Below are positions 54,690 to 62,925 of a stretch of DNA of 64,000 bases, in pieces. The notes under the pieces are model-generated. The model did no database searches. It was not told the origin of the DNA and was given only the letters and a program-made list of their open reading frames with translations. A program made the translations under genes and the position numbers. The first letter of the stretch is position 1; each line of letters begins with the position of its first letter. Source of the DNA: Candidatus Aenigmatarchaeota archaeon (GTDB taxonomy: Archaea; Aenigmatarchaeota; Aenigmatarchaeia; Aenigmatarchaeales; JACQIB01); NCBI GenBank assembly GCA_016198755.1, contig JACQIB010000005.1, positions 32,001 to 96,000 of the forward strand, written 5' to 3'.

Positions 54690-55634
54690 CTAAAATCTCC
54701 TTATCTCCAGAGCTGCCTCATCAACTTTCCTTATGTATTTTTCTCTGTTTCCTGTAAAATCGACAAGCGTATATCTACTGACCTCATTGAATGGTTCTAT
54801 AACCTGCTCAGCCATGAGCTGTTTTATATTGCCTTCTTCCATGCTTGTACTTGGGTCTGCCAAGCAATCTCTGACTAATTTTAAGCGTTCTCTGGTTACC
54901 TGCGCACTCCCCATCAGAGTTGCAATATAGTTCCAGTCTATATGATTTGATCTGTATGCAATGAGGTTTGCAACATCAGAAACGTCCTTTATCCATGTTT
55001 TAGGCGCTCCATTTTCATCCTTTATCCTCTGCATATTCGTGAGCTTAAATGCTATAAAGTCATTTACCCCCTGAAACCTGACATGCTGCCCGCCGATATT
55101 GGCTGTGCTGGCATGGCTTTCTAGTCCAGCTAATGCAACAGCTGGATCAGGAAATATCCCTCTGTTAAAATAACCTTTTGTATAAAAACCCGGATCTATA
55201 ACATCCACAGCAAGCTCTGCTGGCAACTCTGTATTGCCATCTATAGGCTGCTTAAGCTGCACTGTTCCAACACGAATCTTCCTCTGACGTGGCCTGTCTT
55301 TGCCTGCTGCATCCTTTGTATATTTAGAACTCCGCTGTTCATAGGTTGGACCTAGCCTTGAAACAACTCCTTCGTCCGTAAGTGTTGAATAAAAATCTAC
55401 ATCCCCAACATATCTCAGTCTTTTCCTGTGAGTTAGCCATTCGGGAGTGGGGTTTATAACCCTGCCAGCAGAAACAGCACTGCCGGAGAGCGCATCAAGC
55501 ATATTCAGCTCATAAGCACAGCCCCCAGTTACTATTCCTCCTCCCAGTATTCTTGAAACATCAGACTCAACTCCCAGCCTTACTTCAAAAGGTATAAACT
55601 GTTCGCTCAGGGATTTCGGTTCCATTTCTGACAT
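54690..55634 (-). CDS. Divergent nucleotidyltransferase-fold protein
   Basis: VTGGCAY, GDVDFY, VDVI, FIAFKL, KDVSDVANL, IDWNY. Confidence 0.65.
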   Translation of the reverse strand: MSEMEPKSLSEQFIPFEVRLGVESDVSRILGGGIVTGGCAYELNMLDALSGSAVSAGRVINPTPEWLTHRKRLRYVGDVDFYSTLTDEGVVSRLGPTYEQRSSKYTKDAAGKDRPRQRKIRVGTVQLKQPIDGNTELPAELAVDVIDPGFYTKGYFNRGIFPDPAVALAGLESHASTANIGGQHVRFQGVNDFIAFKLTNMQRIKDENGAPKTWIKDVSDVANLIAYRSNHIDWNYIATLMGSAQVTRERLKLVRDCLADPSTSMEEGNIKQLMAEQVIEPFNEVSRYTLVDFTGNREKYIRKVDEAALEIRRF

Positions 55635-55782
55635 AATAATTATTGGGGAGAAAAGCTTAAATCAGACCCTGATAGTAACAGAGGTTTTATGCACCTCTAA
55701 TAAACCAACACTGCAATGCGACTTCAATCATTAATGTGCTGCAAATTACGCCGTAAAGGTATAAAAAGATGTTCTTTGTATG

Positions 55783-56364
55783 CTATTTTATTTTACTCTC
55801 TACAGACCTTAGTGCATCAGAAAACTCTCTCTGAGCCTGCTCTACCGATCCCGTGTTCTGGATAACATGCAATTGCAATCCTGCGGCATTTGAATAATAC
55901 TCTGCTGCACGCCTTTCCATATGCAGTTCGTACTCTACTACAGCTAGGTCTTTAGATCTCCTTTCTCCAGCATCACTGTGGTCTGCCACCCTCCTTGCAA
56001 GCACTTGTTCTGGTGCTGCCTCAACCAAAAGATAACCTGTGATATGGTTCTTGGCTAACCAGTCGGGTATTCCCATCTCCCAACTACGTGGCATAGTACC
56101 GTCCATTATTAGAATTGTGTAATGGGAATCTACAATCACCTTTCGATTTGCCCTAGCAATTGCCTTAAAGGTTTCATCCCCAACCCTTGCCCGCTCGTCA
56201 TAAGGCAATCTATTGAGCATATCATTAGTAATACCATACTGGTTTGCATACCTAACCATCTCCTTGCTGACCGATACAACATCCCGCCCCAGCAAGTCCG
56301 CACCTTTTATTATGGTGCTTTTTCCAACAGCGTGCACTCCTCCAATCCAGACAGCATCAACCAT
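55783..56364 (-). CDS. Archaeal adenylate kinase-like P-loop protein
   Basis: GGVHAVGKST, IVDSHY, G.P, LLVEA.PE.V..RR..D, ER..A..Y. Confidence 0.75.
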   Translation of the reverse strand: MVDAVWIGGVHAVGKSTIIKGADLLGRDVVSVSKEMVRYANQYGITNDMLNRLPYDERARVGDETFKAIARANRKVIVDSHYTILIMDGTMPRSWEMGIPDWLAKNHITGYLLVEAAPEQVLARRVADHSDAGERRSKDLAVVEYELHMERRAAEYYSNAAGLQLHVIQNTGSVEQAQREFSDALRSVESKIK

Positions 56365-56401
56365 TTTATCTATATAATAATAAAAAACAAATCTATTTAA
56401 A

Positions 56402-56971
56402 TCATCCTCTGAAAGTCTGGGATTGGAAACTGTAGAGTTTTATTGGATTTGTTTTCCAGCCGTCTGGAGGCAGGTTTACTTTCTTTGCTAAATTTTCTAA
56501 AAATTCTTCAGTTGTCCACTTGTTTTGGATAGGAGTGGATGGAAGGAAAATTCCTCCTAAAGATTTATGCTGCATTATTAGCCCATCTGTGGCAATCCTG
56601 ATTTGTTTAATATAATCATGCGGATCTTTTGCAAGCAAAAGGTCAGGTTCTGTCAAAATAGAAAGTTCTATTGTTAGCATTGGAAGGTCCTGCAACTCAA
56701 GCTGCGGGTAAGTTTTGTCCTGAGAAGCTGAAATAACAGCATCTGTTGAGGTTTTTATCAAAGAATCTGTTGGGAACGGTATTCCCTTAGAACCTCTTAA
56801 CTGTTTTTCCAGCCCAATTTTTTTGTAAAGCTTTACATAAACCCCGTGCTTTTCCTTTAGCTCTGGGGATAGAACACGCGGGAAGTCTATTACCCTTCTG
56901 TGCCTTAAGTAAAGCTCAAGAGCCTGCCTGCAAAACCCAGTCAAAAACCTGCCTGTTTCTTCTGAAACCAT
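56402..56971 (-). CDS. AMMECR1 domain protein
   Basis: GVYVKL, LRGSKG.PFP, IELSILTEP, DGLI, GIFLP, FQSQ.F. Confidence 0.85.
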   Translation of the reverse strand: MVSEETGRFLTGFCRQALELYLRHRRVIDFPRVLSPELKEKHGVYVKLYKKIGLEKQLRGSKGIPFPTDSLIKTSTDAVISASQDKTYPQLELQDLPMLTIELSILTEPDLLLAKDPHDYIKQIRIATDGLIMQHKSLGGIFLPSTPIQNKWTTEEFLENLAKKVNLPPDGWKTNPIKLYSFQSQTFRG

Positions 56972-57015
56972 GTTAATCTATTGTTTTACAAGAATAAAAG
57001 GGTTTGAAAATTAGG

Positions 57016-57768
57016 CTAGGTGCGTGTCAAAGCCAATCTGGAATGTGTTGGCCTGTAATGTGTAAGAATAGATAAAGCATCATCATAAACAATAACAGGC
57101 TCACCGCTCTCTAAACTAATTCTTGGGGAAGCCCAGCCATCATCGCCGAAAGTTAAGCTTCTTATTGATGGAAATATCTCAAGTTCCTCCTCTATGTTTT
57201 CTGCTGTTACATCGCCCTTTAAAACTATTATTCCCTCCCTTGTTTTCACACTAGCAACGCCTCTTATTCCCATAGTTCTTGTTATGTCAACAACAGTTGG
57301 CACAACCTCACCGGTTTTTGAAACAGTTATTGTTGGCTTTTTAGCTACTATTCCTGAACTGTGCACGAGAGGGCCATATAAATGCTCAGGAGCTTCCCCG
57401 TAGTTTCTTCCGGACTTACTTTCTTTCAACAGTACCTTTCCAAATTCATCAGAATCCTGCAAACCAACCAAGCTAGCTTCCCATGTTTGCCCCCTGTATC
57501 TTGGTATTTGTAAGTGGGAAATAAGATAAACTGCCTGAGCCCATTCTACTCTGACTGTTCTATCAGGGCCAGCAAACATTTCTTTCAGGTAGGCTGGCGT
57601 TGATTCCTTTAACATTAAGGGAGATCCTAAGCACCTCCCATTAGGCAGTCTGGTATAGTTGCCAGTTGTTACAGAACCAGAATATCCCCAACCATAGCCG
57701 CGCTCCATTGGTGGAAGAGATATTTGTCCAGTAAACCTGTTTAGAAGTGCAACATTTGTTTTGGGCAT
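57016..57768 (-). CDS. Hypothetical protein
   Basis: Start moved to MPKTNV; CTTAAAT box about 25 nt upstream. Confidence 0.55.
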   Translation of the reverse strand: MPKTNVALLNRFTGQISLPPMERGYGWGYSGSVTTGNYTRLPNGRCLGSPLMLKESTPAYLKEMFAGPDRTVRVEWAQAVYLISHLQIPRYRGQTWEASLVGLQDSDEFGKVLLKESKSGRNYGEAPEHLYGPLVHSSGIVAKKPTITVSKTGEVVPTVVDITRTMGIRGVASVKTREGIIVLKGDVTAENIEEELEIFPSIRSLTFGDDGWASPRISLESGEPVIVYDDALSILTHYRPTHSRLALTRT

Positions 57769-57891
57769 TAGAGATAAAGTGCAGAAAAGAGATTTAAGCT
57801 TGCAGAGACCGCTGCAAGCGCCGAATGGAAAAGAAGAAGAAAAAACACGAAAAAATTCGGTTTTTTGGGTCTCGGAAAGCACTTGGCTCCC

Positions 57892-58272
57892 TTACCCAAT
57901 CTTCACTGAGCCTGCTCTCCATATTGACTCAATAGCCACTATAACTGCAGCTGGTGCTGCAAGTGCTGCAAGATTGCCCACGATATCACCCAAGTAACCC
58001 CCAACTGATGGGAAGTCCTTTAGGGAGAACTTGGCTGCTCCTGCAAGCAACAGAGCTATTGTTGCCAATAGGAAGGTCTCGGATTCATCCTTGGATACTG
58101 AACCCCAGCCGAGAGCTGCTAATAGCCCTACAACTGTTCCCAGTACTACCAAGGCGCTTCCTGCCCAGGGAAGGGTTGCGGAACCGACTACTCCTGCTAC
58201 TACTGAGATTATTACTCCCAGTATGAACAGATAGCCGCTTACCTTTACCCAGTCACCTGTTTTTCCTGCCAT
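57892..58272 (-). CDS. Four-TM membrane protein
   Basis: FILGVIISVV, LVVLGTVVGLL, E..FLLATIAL, APAAVIVAI; GGTGA SD. Confidence 0.75.
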   Translation of the reverse strand: MAGKTGDWVKVSGYLFILGVIISVVAGVVGSATLPWAGSALVVLGTVVGLLAALGWGSVSKDESETFLLATIALLLAGAAKFSLKDFPSVGGYLGDIVGNLAALAAPAAVIVAIESIWRAGSVKIG

Positions 58273-58409
58273 TGGTTTTCACCTTTACTTCTATTGGAAA
58301 GGGGTATACTTAAAGCTAACCCTAGCAAAAGCCGTATTATATTAGGTTTATATACCCCCTTAAAATACGGTAAATGCCGTATTTTCTAAGAATTTCCTTT
58401 ATAAAGTGG

Positions 58410-58808
58410 CTATCGAGCCGGATTTGAACTTGGAAAGAATACCTTTCTATATTGCTCTATCTCCTCTGGTGTCGCAGGAGTAGGATCTGTGCACAATTCT
58501 TGCAGCTCATGATGCCTTAATAGCCGTTCGTCTCCGTCAATAAAACATCCTAAAGTAGTTCCTTTTTCCAGAGTAGCTGGAATATGAACAACAAGTTTTT
58601 CCTCTCCTGAAAATTGGGAGAATCCTCGTGGCCTGACACCCATCTCAAGCAATTCTAAAACATTTACAAAGGGATTTGGATTGGCAAAGAGTTTTGGATC
58701 GGTATCTGGATGAGCTGATGCTGCTTCCCATGTTACATAGCTCACTGCATATGCTGCTGCATGACCCTGTTCAGTGGGTATATGTACCCTGGCTGGATAC
58801 TGCAGCAT
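58410..58808 (-). CDS. Hypothetical protein, possibly frameshifted at the 5' end
   Basis: NPF..VLEL.EMG.RPRGF..GEEK.VV..LGC; promoter-proximal ATG at 58857 is out of frame. Confidence 0.45.
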   Translation of the reverse strand: MLQYPARVHIPTEQGHAAAYAVSYVTWEAASAHPDTDPKLFANPNPFVNVLELLEMGVRPRGFSQFSGEEKLVVHIPATLEKGTTLGCFIDGDERLLRHHELQELCTDPTPATPEEIEQYRKVFFPSSNPAR

Positions 58809-58900
58809 TTACTTTAGATGATACCGCATCCGACAGTGGTGCATCTGATATTACCATATTGAAAATGAGGAAACAAATCTATTTAAAGTGAACTTTTGTG

Positions 58901-59434
58901 CTATAGAACCCTTCTTACAGCAGCATTAAAGTCAAACCTTAATTCTTTTGCTATGTCAGCGGCTCTCTGTTTTAGAGAATTTGAGTTAATTTCACCCATG
59001 GATGGAGGACGTTCTCCATATCCTAAAAAGAAAAACATCTTTTTCTGGGTGGGAAATACTAAAATATCCTCTTCTGGTATGCCTGCGCCATGTTGAGAAT
59101 ACTGCAACTTTGCCATGAACAACTCAGCATTTATCCCTGTGGGGAACTCTGTGCTGGGAAAGGCCCTGCCTGCATTAGGCACAACAATATGTGTTAGTCC
59201 ATTTACCTCCCTTGCCCAAGCCATGCCAGCAGCAGCCCTCCTTGTTATCTCATCTTGCAAAGCAACATAATTTCCAACAGTGCCTGAAATAACATAATCT
59301 GTAGAGAGCCTGCGTGGCCATATTCTATATCCATTATAATGTTTTACATGCTCCAGCGGGAGAAATCCGCGCAGACAAATCGAAGAACCTTCACTATCAA
59401 AACCGGCGTTATTCTCTGTAATATATGTTGGCAT
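58901..59434 (-). CDS. Hypothetical protein (paralog of 59475-60089)
   Basis: FLPL..KHYNGYRIWP..LS.D.V. Confidence 0.6.
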   Translation of the reverse strand: MPTYITENNAGFDSEGSSICLRGFLPLEHVKHYNGYRIWPRRLSTDYVISGTVGNYVALQDEITRRAAAGMAWAREVNGLTHIVVPNAGRAFPSTEFPTGINAELFMAKLQYSQHGAGIPEEDILVFPTQKKMFFFLGYGERPPSMGEINSNSLKQRAADIAKELRFDFNAAVRRVL

Positions 59435-59474
59435 ATAGAAAAGGGAGAAAGAAAGCTATTTAAATAGATATTTT

Positions 59475-60089
59475 TTAATCTTCTGTTTCCCAGAACTCCT
59501 GCCTTCCAGCTACCGGAAACCAATGATCTGGAACAGAACTAACAACTTTGCTCTCTAAAGTTTGGCGCTGTTTGCCTGTAGAAGGGGGTTTTCCCCTGTA
59601 TTGCAACCTATAGTACATCATACCCGCCAGAAACCTAAACATAACAGACTCGGTTCCTATCCATGGATGCCTGTCTTCGGGGAGAATATACCACAGAGTT
59701 GCTCCAACAAGCTTAGCTCTCTCCGTTACTAAAGGCTCTTCGCGGAATGATCTACAGCCAGGAAATATTGCCTCAGTATTCCCATGATTCTTTGCCATTG
59801 TTATTGGATCAGCAGAGGTGCCCAAAGAGTTTCTTAGACTTTCCATTACAACAGTATCTTCACCTTTAAAAACATACGACATATTTACTCGGGCTGGATA
59901 AACAGTATCTGCGCTCAAGCCAGCAGGCCATATCAATCTATCCCCAGCATATTTTCTCAGTGGGACAAATCTTTCCACCACTGGATTGGAAACAGGATTA
60001 TATCCTGGATTAAGAGTTCTATAAAAAGTTCTTTCTTCATCCTCAGCAACGCGAGTCGGCTCTAAACCCAGCAAAGACATTACTCCCAT
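59475..60089 (-). CDS. Hypothetical protein (paralog of 58901-59434)
   Basis: FVPLRKYAGDRLIWP..LS.D.V. Confidence 0.6.
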   Translation of the reverse strand: MGVMSLLGLEPTRVAEDEERTFYRTLNPGYNPVSNPVVERFVPLRKYAGDRLIWPAGLSADTVYPARVNMSYVFKGEDTVVMESLRNSLGTSADPITMAKNHGNTEAIFPGCRSFREEPLVTERAKLVGATLWYILPEDRHPWIGTESVMFRFLAGMMYYRLQYRGKPPSTGKQRQTLESKVVSSVPDHWFPVAGRQEFWETED

Positions 60090-60143
60090 TCAAAGGACTG
60101 TACAAAACAAACCTTTTAAACCTTTGCTTTTGGAAGAGAAAAG

Positions 60144-60234
60144 TGGTAGCGGAGGCTTGATTTGAACAAGCGACCTTCGGGTGTTTCAAGTTTTTTATGA
60201 GCCCGACGAGCACTCCAGGCTGCTCCACTCCGCT
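60144..60234 (-). tRNA. Initiator tRNA-Met(CAT) with a 13-nt intron at 37/38 (60183-60195), CCA encoded
   Basis: A1:U72 acceptor AGCGGAG/CTCCGCT, anticodon stem TCGGG/CCCGA, CTCATA^AAAAACTTGAAAC^A, T loop TTCAAAT. Confidence 0.93.
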
Positions 60235-60349
60235 GTTCCTCTCTTTAGCCCCATTCTATTTAAGCCTTTCCGCGCGATTGTTCGGAAAAATACTGTGAAA
60301 AACATACCTTTCTAAATAGGTTTTTTCCCAAGTCAGATTTGGTGAGAAA

Positions 60350-60496
60350 ATGGGATGTAATTCAAGGCAGCTGAAAAGCAGGATTGAAAGGAATTTGAGG
60401 GAAAGGTGGAACAACAGACCACGCTACCCAACAAACCAGCCTGCAAGTTATGGACTACGGTCTGGGGATTCTCTGTATAAAGAAAAAGGGTTATAA
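60350..60496 (+). CDS. Possible 48-aa basic microprotein
   Basis: GGTGAG SD then MGCNSRQLKSRIERNLRERWNNRPRY..KEKGL*. Confidence 0.35.
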   Translation: MGCNSRQLKSRIERNLRERWNNRPRYPTNQPASYGLRSGDSLYKEKGL

Positions 60497-60507
60497 TAGA
60501 CAGGAAT

Positions 60508-60837
60508 TTAAGAAACCTTTTCAGGTATTCCCTCTGATAGGTCAAAAACCTTCCAGTCTTTATAATTAAGTTTAACTGCGAGCAAAGCTTTTGCACCGCA
60601 GCTTTCAGCTGCTTTTTTAAGCTGGTTTAGCTGTTCCAGATGTTCGCGGCTATAGAAAGTTTTCTTTCTACTTTTTACCTCAATCAAATGTGTTACACCG
60701 CTGCGCACAGCAATTAAATCGCATATTGCTGTATCCCCAACTCCTGATCCAGCCACCCTGTGAACTAAAAACCCCTTTGAGCTTAAATGTTCCAGAAACT
60801 CCCTCTCCCTGCGCGAGCCTTTGCTATTCTGTGCCAT
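60508..60837 (-). CDS. hjc: Archaeal Holliday junction resolvase
   Basis: KGSRRERE, GF.V.RVAGSG, DLIA, IEVKS, EQL..L. Confidence 0.92.
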   Translation of the reverse strand: MAQNSKGSRREREFLEHLSSKGFLVHRVAGSGVGDTAICDLIAVRSGVTHLIEVKSRKKTFYSREHLEQLNQLKKAAESCGAKALLAVKLNYKDWKVFDLSEGIPEKVS

Positions 60838-60839
60838 AA

Positions 60840-60938
60840 TCAAACCTCTCTGGTTTGAGTACGCAAACATATAACGTGTTTGCTGTAATCAAAACCTCTG
60901 TGTTTTGGGTATGTTAAACCCATGGGGGTTTCCCATGG
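60840..60938. repeat. Cluster of four short palindromes between divergent hjc and rfcL
   Basis: TCAAACC-N5-GGTTTGA; GCAAACA-N7-TGTTTGC; CAAAAC-N6-GTTTTG; AAACCC-N4-GGGTTT overlapping CCATGGG-N5-CCCATGG. Confidence 0.7.
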
Positions 60939-60970
60939 TAAATAAATAGATTGCAACCTATAAAAGTCCC

Positions 60971-61894
60971 ATGCCTGGATTCAAGGATTTCAGTGGAAGG
61001 AAAGAAACAATTTCTTCAATGCTTCGTTTTGTTCAGGGCTGGAGAAAAGGAAAGGGATTCCTGATTTATGGGCCTTCTGGAACAGGTAAAAGCTCACTTG
61101 TAAGAACTTTAGCATATGAAACCGGAAGGGAATTAATAGAATGCACTGCAGCTGACTCCAGAGCTGCAGAAATGCTTGAAAAAACCATTGGATCTGCTTC
61201 AAAACAGAAGAGTTTGGTTGGAAAGGATAAAATAATTTTAGTAGACGAAGTGGATGCTCTTGCAGCGGGAGAGGGTGGAGCTATAATAGCAAAAATAATA
61301 AAAACCAGCTCTTATCCTGTTTTTCTTACAGCAAACAAACCCTTCCTTCCAAAGCTCTCACAGATAAGGGAGTGCTGTAATCTGCTGGAAGTCAGAGGAC
61401 TTTCAAAAGCTGAGATTGAGAAGGAACTGATAGGAAAGGGTATTGATAAGGGAAGGGCAGGGGAAATTGCTGCTGCAGCAGCTGGAGATTATAGGGCTGC
61501 ACTATTGGGTATAGAAGGTACTGATGGAAAGGATTTGGAAAAAACTGTTTTTGAGCTTCTTGGAGCTGTTTTCTACTCTAATCCAAAGGATGCTAAAGCA
61601 GCGCTGGAAAACCCTGCAGTAGATGGGGGGGAACTTATCAGGTGGATAGAAGAGAACTTGCCCAGTGTTTATTCCGGAAAAGAGCTGGAAAAGGCTTTTG
61701 ATTTGCTTAGCAAAGCTGATCTGGCAAAAGGAAAAAGAGCTAAAATTTACCTTAGTCTTTTGTCTTCTTTAAAGGGAAAAAAGAGCTTTTTCAAGTATCC
61801 TAAATGGATACAAAAACCTGATGTGGAAAACCTGCCTCACTGTTCTGCTAGAAAATCTGCTGTAGAAAAGAGCTTCATTAAAGGAAAACTTTAA
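60971..61894 (+). CDS. rfcL: Replication factor C large subunit (short)
   Basis: GPSGTGKS, IE..A.D.R, ILVDEVD, LTAN, GDYRAA, WIEENLP, HCS.RK. Confidence 0.85.
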   Translation: MPGFKDFSGRKETISSMLRFVQGWRKGKGFLIYGPSGTGKSSLVRTLAYETGRELIECTAADSRAAEMLEKTIGSASKQKSLVGKDKIILVDEVDALAAGEGGAIIAKIIKTSSYPVFLTANKPFLPKLSQIRECCNLLEVRGLSKAEIEKELIGKGIDKGRAGEIAAAAAGDYRAALLGIEGTDGKDLEKTVFELLGAVFYSNPKDAKAALENPAVDGGELIRWIEENLPSVYSGKELEKAFDLLSKADLAKGKRAKIYLSLLSSLKGKKSFFKYPKWIQKPDVENLPHCSARKSAVEKSFIKGKL

Positions 61895-62298
61895 ATTTCC
61901 CTTACAGCAGAGCGCGCACCGCATGCCTGGCATTTTAACTGCAAAATCCTGTTCTGCATTATAAGGTCTGTGTCAGGCCTTTTGCATTCTTTGCAAATAA
62001 CAAATTCTGTTTTATAACTTTCAATTTTCTGCTGCAAAATCCTTGCTGACAGTTTTGTCTGGAATGTACAGCGATCCTCGTCTATCGATCCTGGGGAAGC
62101 AAGCTCTTTGCTCAGAAACTTTAACAAATGCTTTGGCTCGCGTCTGAGAGATTTTGCTATCGGGGAAAAATTCTTTACTATTGTTGAGGTTCCTTGGAAC
62201 AACAATTCAGGTTCAGGAACTTCGAGCCTTTCTGTTCCTTTCTCAGTTTTAGGCAGCTTTTCAAAAGCCGAATGCAGCATTTCCTCATAGGTTTTCAT
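61891..62298 (-). CDS. eif2b: Translation initiation factor aIF-2 subunit beta
   Basis: YEEML..A...LP, T.V.NF..IA..L.R...H..KFL.KEL, CKECKRPDT, CQACGA. Confidence 0.95.
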   Translation of the reverse strand: MKTYEEMLHSAFEKLPKTEKGTERLEVPEPELLFQGTSTIVKNFSPIAKSLRREPKHLLKFLSKELASPGSIDEDRCTFQTKLSARILQQKIESYKTEFVICKECKRPDTDLIMQNRILQLKCQACGARSAVREI

Positions 62299-62371
62299 AC
62301 TGCCTCTTTCTCTCTTAGGGCTTAAATAGGTTTTGCTAGGGTTATGTTTATTCAAGACCGTAGTCAGGAAC

Positions 62372-62893
62372 TTAAATGGAGTGGTGAAGATCAGGATTAA
62401 AGCCCCTTGACTGGCTCTTTAGAATTCTCATCCCAGTCTCTTTTGCAGCAGATTCAAAGGCATCCCTTTCTAGAAATCTATGGGGAGATTGGAAAACCCC
62501 GTAACCGCGTCCCCTGAGATAAACATCAAGCCAACAGCGGGGAGTGTTTTTTGTGTAAAGCAGGTGAGCTGAGTGCATTCCCATGTTTACACCATCGCTT
62601 AACTCTAAACCCTCCTCCAGCCTTCCAATTCCATATGCAACAATTACCAGTTCATTCCCATCTTCCATTGGAGCTACTGTCCTTGCATATGTTTTCTCCC
62701 TGATGGTTTCACAGAAGCCAGTATCCCAGAAATCAGCAGGCAGAGTTGAAATGCTCCTTGGTTTTGGAAAGCCAAAAGAATAGGCTACATTAGCATAACA
62801 TGGATAAACCCCGTTAACAGGCATATAAGCCATTACTTTAGCAGGAGTTGACACTGTACCAAAACCAGGATCACTTGTTAATAAGCCTCTCAT
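62372..62893 (-). CDS. Hypothetical protein
   Basis: 173-aa ORF with TTTTATAAAG about 25 nt upstream. Confidence 0.55.
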   Translation of the reverse strand: MRGLLTSDPGFGTVSTPAKVMAYMPVNGVYPCYANVAYSFGFPKPRSISTLPADFWDTGFCETIREKTYARTVAPMEDGNELVIVAYGIGRLEEGLELSDGVNMGMHSAHLLYTKNTPRCWLDVYLRGRGYGVFQSPHRFLERDAFESAAKETGMRILKSQSRGFNPDLHHSI

Positions 62894-62925
62894 AAGCTAT
62901 TTGGTGAAAGAAAGCTTTATAAAAG

